A stretch of 64,000 nt of DNA from Dipteris shenzhenensis. Lineage: Eukaryota. A model generated the notes under the pieces. It ran no database searches. It was not told where the DNA came from and worked only from the letters and a program-made list of their open reading frames with translations. Below, in pieces: positions 63,210 through 64,000 of the stretch. The stretch is taken from NCBI GenBank assembly GCA_047967505.1, contig CM106538.1; one strand, 5' to 3'. A program made the position numbers and the translations under genes. Each line of letters opens with the position of its first letter. Within the stretch, counting starts at the first letter, position 1.

Positions 63210-64000
63210 TAGAGGAGACCAAGTCTAATAAGAAAGTGGGCAAAAGGGCATTAGAGATTCGACTAGCACTCTCTTAAATAAATTTGAAGTCTGAAATTTT
63301 AGATAGACTTTCACATTGTCATGTTGACCATCAAAAACCAAGGAAATGTTCATATTTTTTTGGTGTGAAACCTTGAGTATGTATGACATGAAAGCTACAA
63401 AGAAAACAAGGGAATGGCCATCTGAGCTTTGCCACCTTACGAAATAATTTTGACTTCTAATTATTAGGAAGCCTTCCATTCAGCCGTTTGGACCATTGAA
63501 CCAAAGAAAATTTTCATATGTTTACTTTCTACAAGTGCAAATGATAAAACGCTATATGGTTTACAGGTTTGCCACGAACACCAAAACCCAAGTAGCTAGA
63601 GAAGGGACGTCGGCCATAATGCTAAGGATGAGGAATGAATCCTCCTCCTCCTCCTTCATGACATCCATGGACAACCCCAATGAGAGGGAGGGTGAAGGGG
63701 TGGTAGACACGTTGGGGGTCGGCCAAGGAGGCAAGGTGCGATAAGGGATGATGATGGTTGAAAAGATGATGATGATGATGAAACATAATAATCATAAGAA
63801 AGAGAGAAAAATGAGGGTTAGTTAAGGCATTGCAATGTTCATTGTGATGAAGAATTCCACCTCTCATTCTACTCCTTACCATATGGTGAGGCTTGTTATG
63901 GTGAGTGACATCCTTATGGTGAGGCTCCTTACCATATACATTGATGTGATGTCGCACACTCGAGCTTTGATCTCTGGGTGCCTGCAGTCAATTATCTTCC

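Overview
Repeat-dense eukaryotic nuclear DNA from a seed-free land plant, most likely a fern. That is an inference from a PLS-class PPR gene with a KP-type box (WKKPAKAFIEV). Most of the window is nested, decayed Ty3/Gypsy and Ty1/Copia LTR retrotransposons, a LINE ORF1 remnant, microsatellites and tandem repeats. The only intact host-like gene is the intronless PPR gene at 49821-52070 (-). The standout is an ~8.9 kb DNA transposon (19257-28154) with ~27 bp terminal inverted repeats, inserted at TA into an older Gypsy. It carries four decayed genes in a convergent 2+2 layout. On the minus strand are a spliced DDE transposase whose motifs line up in order with the RAG1/Transib core, and a histone H3-fold gene with an ~270-codon tail holding two H3-tail-like motifs (MA*VKQTTR and TKQTAWKST). 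On the plus strand are a BAH-domain (chromatin reader) gene and a spliced gene of unknown function. Also present: a protein kinase pseudogene next to a ~19-unit hairpin array, an EBS/SHL BAH gene fragment, and a very young non-autonomous LTR element. All family calls are by-eye motif comparisons from memory; no database search was run.
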